The notes: a model not told the origin generated them from the letters alone. A stretch of DNA of 64,000 nt from the human T2T-CHM13v2.0 reference genome, Homo sapiens (GCF_009914755.1 NC_060929.1); one strand, 5' to 3'. Shown: positions 27,647 to 42,176, counted from the stretch's first letter. Program-made: numbers and translations.

Positions 27647-28594
27647 TGTAAAAGTAAAGGATTAAAGGTTTATTTCGTTGAGCAAGACAGAAACCTGAGC
27701 ACCATTCCCACCTCTCTGCTCTCCCTCAGCCCTGACGCTGGTTGGCCACCAGATTACTTTGCCTCATTCTATCTCATGCGACTAATCTCCCATCGCTTCC
27801 TCAAATACCACTGCTCAGTTCAGCCCTGTCCCAACTCCCATTGACTAGCACAAGTCAGGACCACCACCATCCTGTAAAGTGTCTGTGGGTGAATGAGACA
27901 AAGACATCCCTCTGGGTAGATGAAGCTCCATGTCACACACTGGTGTGCTGGGCAAAAACCCCAAACCCTGTTGATTATGCCCAATGACTGACAGCCTTTG
28001 CAACCATTGGCCAGGTTTATTGATTACACTGTCTCCTAGCCTTGAGTTTCTCCCTGTCCAGGCGGCCATCCACCCTAGAGCTACAGTGATCTTCCTAACT
28101 GGCCATGTCCCTCTCCTGCTCAAATTCATTCATGCCCACTGCCCTCAGGAAAAGCCCATGCTTTTGCGTGTGACATTCAAGGCCTGTTGTGATCTGGTCT
28201 TTGCCAGTCTCATGTCTCACCACCTGCTCGGCCTCCACCACACCTGAGCACTGCTCTACAATGGGGGATCCCTAGACCCTAGGCCTCCATGCTTGCTCAT
28301 ACTTTGGGGATTGGCATATGCTTGTTCTTCATGAATTATTCTGCCCTTCTTCTTCTTCATCTGCCAAATTCCAAGTCATCCTTGAAGCCCCAACACAAGC
28401 ATCTCCTCCCTGTGACACTCTTCCTGATTCTCTGGGAGGACTTGAGCACTCCTTCCAGGGTTCACTTTAGTCTCCACAAACCATGGCTCACAGCCCATAA
28501 ATGGGTCAGAAAATTGGGGTCATGGATCTTGGCCAGCACCTTTTGAAAGTTGAGCTAGATGAGAAAATGCAAGAGCACATCACTCTTTATTGTG

Positions 28595-28875
28595 TGGTTC
28601 TAGCATAGGATGAAGAACACTGGCTCTGAAGCCAGACTGCCTGGGTTCCAGTCTGGCTCTATAGTTATAGGACGGTGCAAAAGTAATGGCGGTTTTAGCC
28701 ATTTTAAAAAGTAATGGCAAAAACCGCCATTACTTTTGCACCAACCTAATATTAGCAATGACCTTGGTAAGTGACTTAATCTCTCTGTGTCTCAAGTTCC
28801 TCATCTGTAAAACAATGATAATGACAGTACTTTCTTCATAGTTTCTCATGAAGATTAAGTGAATAATGTATATTA
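28595..28875 (+). mobile_element. MIR interrupted by MADE1
   Basis: ggctctgaagccagactgcctgggttcca ... tgaccttggtaagtgacttaatctctctgtgtctcaagttcctcatctgtaaaa. Confidence 0.8.
28668..28749. mobile_element. MADE1 (Hsmar1-derived MITE), miR-548-type hairpin
   Basis: TA-flanked; arms ggtgcaaaagtaatggcggttttagccatt (28674-28703) and aatggcaaaaaccgccattacttttgcacc (28713-28742) pair 29/30. Confidence 0.95.
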
Positions 28876-29245
28876 CATTAATATATAAGCATATAATTTA
28901 TATCATACATATGTGAATGTGTGAATATGTGTGTGTATGTATGTGTGTGTGCATATCTATATCTATATCTATATCTATATCTATATCTATATCTATATAT
29001 CTTACAAGACTACCTGTTTACTTAAGCAGTGCTATAACCATGTTAGCTAGTATGTATGCACACCTGTGTGTGCGTGTGTGTGCATGTATGTACAGTGATG
29101 TGTGCGTGTGTGAGAGACAGGGGAGAGAGAGAGGGGAGAGAGAGAGGAGAGAGAGAGAGAGGGGAGAGAGAGAGAGAGGGGAGACAGAGAGAGAGGAGAG
29201 AGAGAGGGGAGGGGGGAGAGAGAGAGGGGAGAGAGAGAGAGAGAC
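28860..29245. repeat. Compound microsatellite: TG, (ATATCT)7, TG, (GA)n
   Basis: (atatct)7 at 28953-28994; GA-rich tract about 29112-29245. Confidence 0.9.
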
Positions 29246-29489
29246 TCTAGTTTATGATGAACATTATCTGAAAGCCTCTAGTCTGGCTGGAATATATTCT
29301 GACCCATATTAAAGCAATTATTTGAACATATATATTTTTTAAATTTTGCTTTTCTGTCTCTTCCACTAGACAGGGAGCTCCTAGAAGGCAGCAAGTGTGT
29401 TTTATTTATCTCCGCATTCCAAGCACCCAGCAATATGCTTCGTAGATGTTTCTGGAATAAATGAGAAAATGAGTTCTAAATCCTGAAGC

Positions 29490-30145
29490 TGAAGGACCAC
29501 GGGGTCTCCTCCCGCAACTGCAGGGGCCAGGATATTCCGTTCCCCGCCTCCCTCCCCTCCCCCTTCTCCTGTGAGACACACTCCAAGCTCGTATGGGACG
29601 CAGACGCCTTTCTCAGGATATCTGGTCTCCACAGTGAGAATACGTGATCACATCTCACTGCCAGGGAGAGGGAGGAAAGCACGAGGGACCCTCAAGCGAG
29701 AAATGGAGGCTCCAAACTGACTGGGAGGAAAATGGAAACTCCAGCTGACCTAAGAGATTTCTATAATGAGAGAAAACCAATTTAAATGCAAATAGCCTAC
29801 GGTGTCGTTGGGGAAAGGCGCCTTGCTACAGAGGAAGGCTGGAAAAACAAACACAGCCCTCATCACGAGGCTGGTTCACCGTTGGACGGAAAGGTTGCTT
29901 TATCCGTTTAGGATTAAAGTCTAAACGAGTGACAGAGTCACATGCATCGCTGGCAGCATTTCCCGGTGCTCCACGGTGCCCACTGAGAAATGGGTGTCTT
30001 CGAGGGGACCTGGCATTGGCCACCGCCATTTCCCGAGCCCCTAGCAGGTGGCAGGTGCTGTACAAGGCACAGAGAACAAAAGCTGTGCCATACACAGCTG
30101 CCTTGAGGGGCTTACAGCCTAGGGGGCCGTTAGACTCTGAAGTCG
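29490..30145. promoter_or_regulatory. Candidate regulatory element (CpG-retaining, CTCF-like motif)
   Basis: Unique sequence with roughly 26 CpGs in about 650 bp (hand count); GC box 29542-29551, octamer atgcaaat 29786-29793, CTCF-like ctagcaggtggcag 30041-30054. Confidence 0.45.
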
Positions 30146-31257
30146 ATTCTGGGCTGCAAAGAGAACTAACATTTTTATTGAACATTTACTATGTGCCAAG
30201 CTGAGGACCGAAAACTGTATGTGATGATGGCTCATCAAATTCTCACAGCAACTCCATAAGGAAGAGCCTATTATTTTTCCAGTTTTACGGATAAGGAAAC
30301 TGACGTTCCAGGACAGTAAAAAACTTACCTCGGGTTGCTGGGCTTCAGACCCAGGCCGAATGGCTCCGGGACGGTGGCTGGTATCTCCCTGTGTGCTGGG
30401 AGGAGAGCAGCTGCAGAGAAGCCCCTGGGATTGTGCTGCCTGACCCTGGGTTCTCTTTGGACACTGGGTGCCTGTCCAGAGAAGTCCTCTGAAAAGCAGA
30501 GCTGCCCAAAATCAGGAAGCCCTGAGACAGGGTCTGCCACTGGCCTTGGCTTGGGGCAGCAGAAAATAATACTGTTCAAGGAATCAGGACGTGTGAGTTG
30601 CTCTGCCACTAACTGGCTGTGTGACCTTCACAGTCACTTTCCCTCTCTGAGCCTCATTTGCCTATGTAAGATGAAGATTCTAAAATTATATGGGGCTACG
30701 GAATTCTATTATCTTAGGACTCCAGCTACCCTTGAAAATAGCCATTGCCCAGTTGATACAGCACCTCCTTCCTGCCCTCCTTTCTGCCCCACCTCCTGCC
30801 TTCTGCCCCGGCTGGCCCATATCTGTTGCAATGGAGCACTTTAATTTCCTCCTTTGGTTTCATAATTCAAGGACAGCACCATCTGCCACATTAAATCCAC
30901 GCTCTCTGCTTGCCTCCTTCTCAAAACAAGGGCTGGATGAAGGCTTCATCCGGTTTATTTCATGGATGAGCAAGAGCTGGCAAAACCAAATGGGGACAGC
31001 TTTGGCCTTGCAAGCTGCGTTCATCCCCTAATCTTCTGGTAGGGCCCCAGAGCTCGTTCTGTCGCCCCCACTGCCTGCCCCAGCCAAAACATGATGCTGC
31101 TGCTGATAGATGACGTTTACAGAGGCCTTTCTGAGTCAGGCATTTTCTTAAGTGCTGTAGATTCATTTATTTACTTCCCACTACATCTCTGTGATGAAGG
31201 GGCTGATCATAATAGCCCCACTTTAGAGATGCAGAGACTGAGGCCTGGGAGGCTTCA

Positions 31258-31755
<498 letters not shown>

Positions 31756-31928
31756 TCAACATTCCTGCAACACGTTTTACTGAGCAGCCTGCCATATGCC
31801 ATGTGCCACTCTCCATGCAGGGGAGCGCCCCACGAGCAAGGCCCATGGGGGTCGCTCTCATAGGACCGATCTAGTCCACAAGACAGGCACCAAGTCAGCA
31901 ACTGAACAAGCAGGCAGGATCATTTTAG

Positions 31929-32567
<639 letters not shown>

Positions 32568-33715
32568 AGTCACGAGACTGGCAAAGCGGACAACATGGGA
32601 TGAAGGAATAGCCAGGCGGGCTGCAAAGCTGCTCAAAGTGTTTGAGATCCAGGAAGAAGGCTGGTTTGGCTGGAGGGCAATGGGCCAGGGAAGGATGGCA
32701 GGATCATCATGGCCACTTGCTCTGTGAAACTCTCCAGAAAGTACTCAGCAACATTCATGGAGTCCCTTTGCTGTGCCAGGCATTGTACTAGCTGTGCCCA
32801 AGGACACAGCACATGCTCCAAGGTGATAATAGTCGGGTGGCTGGATAAGACACAACAGCTGTCAGCCTGATGCTATCCATGGTAACAGAATATTCTGGAC
32901 CAAAAGCAAGCAGAGAGGCACTCCAAGGGCAGTGGCCATGGTGAAAAAGATGCTGGAGAAGGCAATGTCTGGGCCCCTTTTTGAAGAGGAGAGAGCAGGC
33001 AGCTGTGGCCTTCACCTTCCCAGCTCCCGCCCCTCCATTGCCCATAGCAACTGCCTGTCCCCATGCCCAGCTGCACGCGGTTTTGGTGGAATTTCTAATT
33101 ATGGTGCCCTGCTAGACTGGCCAAGGGGCTGGCATGAGACCCAAGCTTGGCCACCATATACTTTCTTCCTGGAATCAGGATATTGGCCAGAGAAACCCAA
33201 GGGCATTGAATGGCTAGAGTCAGTTTTTCTAATGGAAGTGGAACAAAGCATGTTCTTTTGTTCTGGCATAATTTTTTGACTATCTCAACTCCCTAAGAAG
33301 CAATTGTTTCTCTCTCTTCCAAGGCCTATTTTTCAGCTTTTCCTTCCAAAGCCCTTTCAATACACCTCTATTTAATTCACCAGAGTGGGTTTCCAATGTT
33401 TGAAACCCCAATTAAAATAGAAACAGTATAATGTGAACAGGGATAAGAGAGTGTAGGTTTCTGATTCACTGTGCTCACCACTTTACATTAAATAAGCTGT
33501 GTGTCCCTCTCTCTCCTAGTTACAAGCAGGATGCTTTGCCAAGGCCTGACTGTGTCTTTTTCTCTTCATATCCACAGTGCCCAGCTCAGGGTTGACTTCT
33601 CCTCTGCACCTGCCATGGTTTATAATTATGCATTTCTTTGTGGGATAATTTGTTTAATGTCATCTACTCTATGTTGGAAGTCCCATGAAAATAGAATGCA
33701 TGGAGCCCAATTTAT

Positions 33716-33828
33716 TAGGAAGACCAACTGTCCCAATTTGCCTGGGGTGGGGTGGGGGATTTCTGAGACATGGCTTCCAGGGCTAAAATCAGGAAAGTCC
33801 AGGGCAAATTGGAGCAGTGCCCACCCTA
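33716..33828. mobile_element. MER81 (hAT-Blackjack MITE)
   Basis: taggaagaccaactgtcccaatttgcctggg...gctaaaatcaggaaagtccagggcaaattgg...cacccta, about 113 bp. Confidence 0.75.
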
Positions 33829-34539
33829 CCAGTGTCTGGCATATAGGAAGTCTTCAAGCACCAGTTGTCCCGGTCACTCAAGGAATATATGTTGAGATGA
33901 ACGGAGGCAAACTGCAGCACAGCAGAAGGCATATTCTTTCATGCAAAAACATTTCTTCATGCCTGCTGTGTGCCAGGTAACCAGCTTGTCAGAAGCAGAA
34001 GATTCAAGGAAGGAAATCCCAGCAGCCAGGGCTGCCATAGGATTGTAGGTTGAAATCACACTGCATGAGGTCTTGAGCATCAGGCTAAGAAACCAGCATG
34101 CAGCACCCAGATGAGGCAGGTCCCCTCTGATTTAGGAGAAGGGAGGAGATATGAAAACATAGTAATTTAGGAATGATGCATTGGCAGCGCCTCCCAGGGA
34201 CTCTGATAAGGAAACCACTGCAGGAGGAATCCGCAGGGGCTACTGAAACAGGGGACAGAACCTGAAGTGAGCGGGTTATTTGGTTGTTTCTTTCCAAATT
34301 CTGCACTGGGCAGAGAGAGGGTTTAGCAACTTCCTTTTTCGTCTCAAGCACAGCCATCTGCTCAGTTCAACAAGCAGAAAATCCACCCCCAGGAAACGTG
34401 AATTTATTTGTGGGTATGTGATGGATCCTACGTCTTTACTCCTTAGGAAGATTCAGCTACACAACCCATGCCACGGGGCCATCCTCTTGATAGGTTTCAA
34501 CTCTGTTGCTGAGCGGATGAGAACACGTTTATGTGCAGG

Positions 34540-34903
34540 TGCTATCGACAGTGTTTTTGTCTGCCTGCCCCCAACCCAGTCTTATATTGAAAGTGAACCC
34601 CCAGGCAATGGTATTAGTAGGGAGGCCTTTGGGAGGTGATTAGGTCATGAGGGTGGAGCCCCATTGATGAGATTAGTGCCCTTAGAAAGAGACCCCAGAG
34701 AGCTGCCTGGCCTCTTCTGCCATGTGAGGGCACAGCAAGAAGGAGCTGTCTGTGAACCACAAAGCAGACCCTCGTCAGATTCCAAACTGCCAGTGACTGA
34801 TCTTCAACTTCCAGCCTCCAAAACTGCGAGGAATAAATTTCTGTAGTTTATAAGCCACCCAGTCTATGGTATTCTGCTATGGCAGCCTGGAATGACCAAG
34901 ACA
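34540..34903 (+). mobile_element. MLT1A0-like solo LTR
   Basis: tgctat...ggcctttgggaggtgattaggtcatgagggtggagcc...aataaatttctgtagtttataagccacccagtctatgg...aagaca; TSD gcagg/gcagc. Confidence 0.9.
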
Positions 34904-35439
34904 GCAGCCAAATGAACTTTTGGATGGGGCCTCGCAGACTTTCAGGGCCTGGAGATCCTCTGAGAAGAACATCTCTCTAATTCGGCTCCCTCATTTCAAA
35001 GCAGGGAAAGAATCTTATTTGCATGATATAATAAGCAAGAAGCTGGGGCTGGGCTGCTCTCTCTTTAACTCTTCTCAATAAAGAACTGAATCATACAATA
35101 GGGAGCCCCTTGCCCCTGGGGAGTAGGGGAAAGTGAAAAGACAGGGAAACAAATAGATTGCATCCTGTGGTAAGAGAGTTTTTCTCCTGTGAAAATTCTC
35201 TTTCAATCCTTGTCATTACACCAAGAAGAAAATCTCACTTTGGTACTAATAGGTCTTTAACGCCTCCCTCAAACTTTAACACCTCTCCAAATCTCCCTTT
35301 CAAATGGGAATCAAACAGGCCTCAAGCCCAGAGTCTTCCACAGGCAACCCTATTCCTCTAGAATTAAATATTCTAGAGTTTCATAATATCATTTTATTTT
35401 CGTGGTATATCTTTTTCTGGATAGCTTCTATTTGTAGCA

Positions 35440-35612
35440 GGTGGGATTGGCTTTCCATCTATGGTAGTAAGTTTTCCTTTTGAAGAAATGTATTTTAAGT
35501 TTTAAATGGGAGACAAGTTGAGGAAAAATAATGAGGGAAAGACTAGACCACATGATATGCAGTGATAGCAAAATTATCGGTAGACCTTAAACCATTGAAG
35601 TTTGAAAGCAGG
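35440..35612. mobile_element. MER113-like (hAT-Charlie) fragment
   Basis: tttccatctatggtagtaagttttcctttt...gaaaaataatgag...tgaagtttgaaagca. Confidence 0.5.
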
Positions 35613-36039
35613 AGTGGAGGACAGAGGGATGGGCTGGTGACCCTGGGGCCGCTCACCAGAGCAGGCTCCACACATGTTATTAAGCAAATGTCAAGCCTGA
35701 AATTTAAAAGGTGGCTCTTTAAATGAATTAGAGTCAGAGACACTGGAAAGTGCCAGGAAATTCTTCACGTGACCTTGAACAGACAGAAACCTCCTGAGAT
35801 GAGAGAGTACAGGTCTATTATTTGACTTGGCAAAGGACCCTTCTGGTGGATAGGGGTGTCCCTTCTCTAAAAAATGATGTGCAGTGCATTTCTGTATGTT
35901 TCCTGTGAATAACCACTGAGGCACCAGCAAGGGGAGTCATGGGGGTAGAAGGACAGCCGCGGTAGCCATCACCCATTGAGACCCTGCTCAGCTCTGCCTG
36001 TGCTGCCAGGAGCCTCACCTCACCCTTTCAACAGCCCTT

Positions 36040-36270
36040 TCATGCTGATGCTAGTAACCTCTGACGCTTATGGAGCACACACTGTATGCCAACATCTCTT
36101 CAAAGCCTTCATTCATTCATTTAATCCAAACAGTAACCCAAGGAGACCATCATTATTACTCCCACTTTACAGATCAGAAAACTGAGGTGGAAAGGGTAGG
36201 TCACAGCTGGTGGTCAGTGGTAGAGGCAGATTCAAGCCCAGACATTCCGGCTCCAGAGCCTACACTCCAA
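36040..36270 (-). mobile_element. MIR
   Basis: ttcatttaatcc...cccactttacagatcagaaaactgagg...ggtcacagctgg...gattcaagcccag. Confidence 0.8.
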
Positions 36271-36974
36271 CTTTGTGGAGGGGAGTGACAGAGGAGGATG
36301 CACAGCTACTAAATTGTAAAGTCAGCAAAACCATCCTCCCCAAGGTGGCATTTCCCCCAAAAGCAAGCTATTGCATTAATTCAACAAATGTTTGTTGAGC
36401 ATCTACTATGTGGGAAAGACCCTCTTTTTGTTCCAGTCATCGGCAGCTGGGGGCTCTAGGTCCATCCCTGCCCTCCCCGAAGCAGGAGAGTAACCTTGTA
36501 GACTTCCTGTTAGGGCCCTGGGGTCTCTGGGTGAATTTGATGCAGACTCAGCCATTAGCCTGGCTGGGCCACAAAATCAGGAAGCTTAGACCAGTGTTGT
36601 GGAACCTTGATTCCTGTCCCAGTTTTGTCATTTCCTGCCTCAGCCTCTTTGCAACTCCCGGCCTCAATTGCCTCACCTCCAAAATGGAGGTCTTAATGAC
36701 AATGGTCTGGCTTCACTCACAGGGTTATCGTGAAAATCAAAAGAGATTGCTCAGGGAAAAGCCTCTTCAAACTGGAGCTCCAGGTGATGGTTGTCATCTG
36801 TCGATGTTGCTCTCTGGTGAGTTCTTTAAAAATGGAAATTACTGTTTGTTTCTAATTACAAAAGTTCAGGAGTTACAGAATAGCACACAGATTTTTAAAC
36901 ACGGTTTATTACCCCACTACTTGTTAATAATCTCTACTAACCTGTTGGTGTATTTCCTTCCGGATACATAAAGA

Positions 36975-37407
36975 GAGTTGAACCCTGAACGATATGGAAG
37001 TTGGGGTGTTGACCCCCCTCAGAGTTGAAAATCTGCATACAACTTTTGACTCCCCAAAACACTACAGATAGCCTACTGTTGACTGCAAGCCTTGCTGAGA
37101 ACATAAACAGTCAATTAACATATTTTGTATGTTATATGTATTGTATACTGTATTCTTACAATAAAGGAAGCTAGAGTAAAGAAAATGTTATTGAGAAAAT
37201 CATAAGGAAGAGAAAGTATATTTACGTTCACTACGCAGAAGTGACTCAGCATAAAGGTCTTCACCCTTGTCATCATCAACTCGAGTAGGCTGAGGAGGAG
37301 GAAAAGGAGTGGTTGGTCCTGCTCTCTCAGGGGTGGCAGAGGTGGAAGAAAAGTCACCTGTAAGTGGACCTGTGCAGTTCAAACCTGTGTTGTTTGAAGG
37401 TCAACTG
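36975..37407 (-). mobile_element. Tigger2a (TcMar-Tigger), near full length
   Basis: TIRs gagttgaaccctgaac / gtttgaaggtcaactg+TA; internal tacaacttttgactcccc, gagtaggctgaggaggagg, aggggtggcagaggtggaag. Confidence 0.9.
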
Positions 37408-37429
37408 TATGATGATTGCCTACATAGAA

Positions 37430-37950
37430 CCCGGTAGCTTTCTACAGCACTTGGAAGGAAATCCACACTCCTTATCAACACTTCACCTTGACTTTCAGTC
37501 TGTGTGATCTGGCCCTGCTTGCCTCTCCTACCTCTTCTCTCTCTACTCACACATTATTTCTCTTTCTTTTTCCCTCCTAATACACCAATGGCATTTCCCC
37601 TCAAGGCCTTCGCCTCTTTGCCTGAAATGCTCTGGATTTCATGACTCTGGAAATCATGACTGGATTTTTTTTTTTTCAGCGTGCAAGTCATGGCCGAAAT
37701 GTCACCTCCTTGGATAGTCCCTCCATCTTCACGCACACTAAACTAGTCCATCTTGCATGCCTTTCTTCATGGCATTGTGTGCCATGCTCAGAAATTATCT
37801 TGTGTATTCTTAAGTCCATATATGTATTACCTGTCTTTCCCTAAACAACTTCCCACCCTGAGCTTGTTCCTGTCCATATTCCCAGTACCCAGAATGGTGC
37901 TTGGCATACAGCACATCTTCATTACATAGTTAATAAGTGAATGAATTGGA
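37430..37950 (+). mobile_element. L2 3' relic
   Basis: tgatctggccctgcttgcctctc...aaatgtcacctcct...agtacccagaatggtgcttggcataca...gtgaatgaat. Confidence 0.65.
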
Positions 37951-38076
37951 TTAATGTACTTGTGAGCTAGGATCATACTATATTTAATGTTTTTATAACT
38001 GATTTTTCCCTGCTATGGTGTGACCACCTTGACTTTGAATGGAAGTGTAGCATTCCCTTGTATGGGTGGATCAAAA

Positions 38077-38370
<294 letters not shown>

Positions 38371-39488
38371 TGGATCATAATTTTTAACTAAGCCCCCATT
38401 ACTGACTAGGTGGGACATTTCTGATTCTTGTGTTTGTAAGTTAATACTACATTCTACAGTGACCATCTTTGTCCATACACACATTTTCTCATCTCTCCAT
38501 GACCACTTCCCTTGGATTAATTCCTAGCAGTAAAATTGAGGGAACAAAGGGTTACATCGTTTTAATCCTCTTCATATATATTACCATGGTCTGCAGAAAG
38601 GTTGTATCATCTCTGAGTTTGCTGTAATGGCCCTTAGCTTGTGGGCTTCTCAGCAGAATGCTCTGAAGACCATGGAAATATCATTGTCTCCTCTTACCCA
38701 GGAGAGTAAAGGTTGAGGCCCTCCAGCAAGACAGATCATGCCCACTTACTCTGCAGAAACTTCCTCCCTTTCCAATAACAGGAACAACTCCTAGCTCTGC
38801 TGCTCAGGCCCAATGTGTGATACACAGGAATCCCCTAAGCAGTGATGTTCCGAAGTTAGAAGTCACCCCAGCCAGGCTGAAGAGCTTATCATTCAAGAAG
38901 CTAATACCAGCCAGCCAGACTGTGCCAGCTCAACCTTCCTCCTTTTGTTCTCCAAAGCACACCTTGCCTTGGTTACCTGACCTTCACTAAGCTCAGCCCA
39001 TATTTGGCCAAACCATCTGGGCCTCTGCTCAACGTGCCTTTGCTTTGTTACCTGTTCCACATCATTTTTCAAGGTCTAGCTTTACTCCCCACCTAAACTT
39101 TCACCTTCTAGAAAGCCCCTTTTCATAGTACAGCTCTCAGGGAGATCTCCCAGCCCAGAACTGCCCATAACTCTGATTACCAGCCTCTCCGTCAGCATTT
39201 GCCCATCTAACCACTTTGTGTTGTTTATATACCTTTGTGCATGAGTAACTCTAAATTTTCAACTGAGTGTTTTTCTCTCTCTGGGAGCTCACGCATAGTG
39301 TGACAGTCAGAACCTTTGAGATAATCAGGGCTGGGATTGAGCCTCAACTCTGCCACCCACTAGTTCTGTGCATTTGGGCAGCACAGTCAACTCTACTGAG
39401 CCTCAGTTGCTCCATCTATAAAATGGGGGTTACTATAGCACGAATTTGAAAAGATTGCTCCAAGAATTCGATGCATGCAAAATACTTA

Positions 39489-39863
<375 letters not shown>

Positions 39864-40549
39864 CTAATTTTGTTTTTCTAGACCTCTACAAAGGCTGAGC
39901 CAGTAATGTGTACAATGTTAAAAGAAATATTTGTGGAATGGAATGAGCGGATGTTGTGTAAACATTCATTGTGCGTGTACGTATTTAGTTCTACTAACCA
40001 GAACACTGGGGGACCAGAACCAGTTACCCCAGTGTCTAGAGAGGAGGAAAGAAATCTCTCTCCTTAGCTGAAACCTTAGTAAGAGCTCAGTCCAGAGCTT
40101 GCTTGAAAGTAAAGATATGTCATCCAATTTAATCCCCACACCAACCTTACAGAAAGATCTTTTTATATCCTTATGCTAAGAAGACCTACCACTGACTGTG
40201 CCAGATCTGTGCAAGATGCTTTTGAAAAATGTAATTCCCTTTAAGCCCTCACACTATCTCAATGAGACAAGAATTATTATTACTGAAGAGGAAATGGGGT
40301 CAGAAAGTTTAAGTGAACTGCTCAAGGGCAAATGGGTAGTAAGAAAAGAAAGAAGATGAGTCAGGATTGAACAGAGGCTTACTCTGTTCAAATAAATAAA
40401 ATTAAATTAAAACGGTTGCCTCTTCACCAACTGATTCCCTGACATTCTCACATGCGTTCAGTTGGTGCTTAATAGGAACTGAATTGAAATCTCATGGTGA
40501 TCTGTTAGAGACTTGGATCTTCTAATAGATGCTTCAAAGGGAGCAGTTT

Positions 40550-40650
40550 CTATTTCCGGTGCCCACGGAGATCTCGAGGGAGATTTCTCCCCACCCCTGC
40601 TCTGACGTCACGATGTTCTTGTTTTTCTCTGGGCCCTGTGACTCAGCACA
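40550..40650. promoter_or_regulatory. Candidate enhancer motif cluster (ETS, CRE, ARE/AP-1)
   Basis: atttccgg 40552-40559; tgacgtca 40603-40610; gtgactcagca 40638-40648. Confidence 0.35.
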
Positions 40651-41040
40651 TGGCTCCAGATGGCTTCCTGCATTTCCAGCCTGTTGGCTGGGGTGCCCAG
40701 GCCCTGGTAAAGTAAGCAAACCAAAACTAAGTTGCAACAAAGCATCAACACCTCCCTGCCCCTGCCCTCTGTTATGAAGTCTTTGTAGTCCACTACTCAT
40801 GATGGCCAGTCCCTCCATTTCTCCCCTCCCTCCTTGCCCTGAGATCCCCACACTTGGCCCCAGCACATCTGATGCCTGAAGATGAGATCCAGGAGTGATC
40901 ATTCTCCCAGCAACCAGTGAATGGGCAAAGGGGCAGTTCTTTCACCCTTTGATCCTTTATTGACTTTAGGCAATTTACTTTCTCAGCCTCAGTGATCAAA
41001 TGGGGACGCTAATATTGTCTACTTCTGAGGGTTGTAGAGT

Positions 41041-41183
41041 TAGGGTTGCCAGATAAAATACAGAAAGTCCAGTTACATTTGAATGTCAGATAAATGATGA
41101 TTTTTTTCAGTACGCATGTCCCAAATATTGCTCAAATTTAACTGTGTGTCTCATGACTTTATTTGTTAAATCTGGCAACCTTA
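41041..41183. mobile_element. MER53, internally deleted, inserted in a MIR
   Basis: TIRs tagggttgccagat / atctggcaacctta; 8-bp TSD tgtagagt / tgtggagt. Confidence 0.88.
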
Positions 41184-41895
41184 TGTGGAGTGTGGAGTCA
41201 GATAACAAACGCAAAAATGCTTTGTCACCTACAGAAAGCTGTACACTTCATGATATCTTTTCCATGAGACGTATGCATGTGTACCCATGACAACCAGCTT
41301 TGTCTGGAGCATAGAACAGGTAGTTTCAGGCAGGTAGTGGAGAATGTGTACCACCTGAGTCTATGATTTGAGATCCCTGGGTCTTGTTTGTCAATGGACT
41401 GATCTTTGCACATTTCGCTTCTGAGCCCTCAATGCATCCATCTTGAATTCTCTCAAATGCTTGAATGAAAAATATAGGAGCAACAGAAGCCCAAAAGGTT
41501 GCCTATTACTGATTGACTGGCATGTGTCATAGGCCAAATCTCCTTTTGATTTTGTGGTTAAAGAAGAAACAAGTAGAATAATTTATAAGTGTAAATCCTT
41601 ATTTATTACATGCTTTATTATGTAATAAAGAATGTATGTGCACAACATTTAGCTCTAATATGTTCTAAGAGCCCTGCTTAACACAGAAAAACAAAAGGAA
41701 CCAGCATACCATAAATAGACTACAGTGTTTATTTTTGATTTGGGGTGTCTCCTCCTACTAGAAATCTAAATTCTGAGAGGAAAGATTTTTGCCTGTTTTG
41801 TTCCCCAGGACTGAGAACAGTGCCTGGCCCAGGAAGGGTGGATATTTGATCAGTTGAAACCAGTTTAACTAGCTACATTAAAGAAAAATAAATGC

Positions 41896-42176
41896 AGTGA
41901 GGCACAGAGGCTCATGCCTGTTATCTCAGCAATTTGAGAGGCTGAGGTGGGAGTATCGCTTGAGCCAAGGAGTTCAAGACCTGCCTGGGCAACAAAGCAA
42001 GACCCTGTCTCTGCAAAAAAATAAAAAAATTAGCCAGATGTGGTGGTGCATGTCTGTGGTCCCAGTTACATGGGAGCCTGGAGCGGGAGGATCCCTTGAG
42101 CCCAGGATGTCAAGGCTACAGTTAGCCATGTTCATGCCACTGCACTTCAGCCTGGATGACAGAGCAAGACACTGTC
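41896..42176 (+). mobile_element. AluJ
   Basis: gtatcgcttgagccaagg...gggaggatcccttgagcccaggatgtcaaggct. Confidence 0.9.

Noticed and set aside
28917-29312. ORFs with ISISIS and ERER repeats
   Set aside because: Microsatellite translation artefacts.
36408-36971. 187-aa ATG ORF
   Set aside because: Runs through MIR-derived sequence; no recognisable domain or exon structure.
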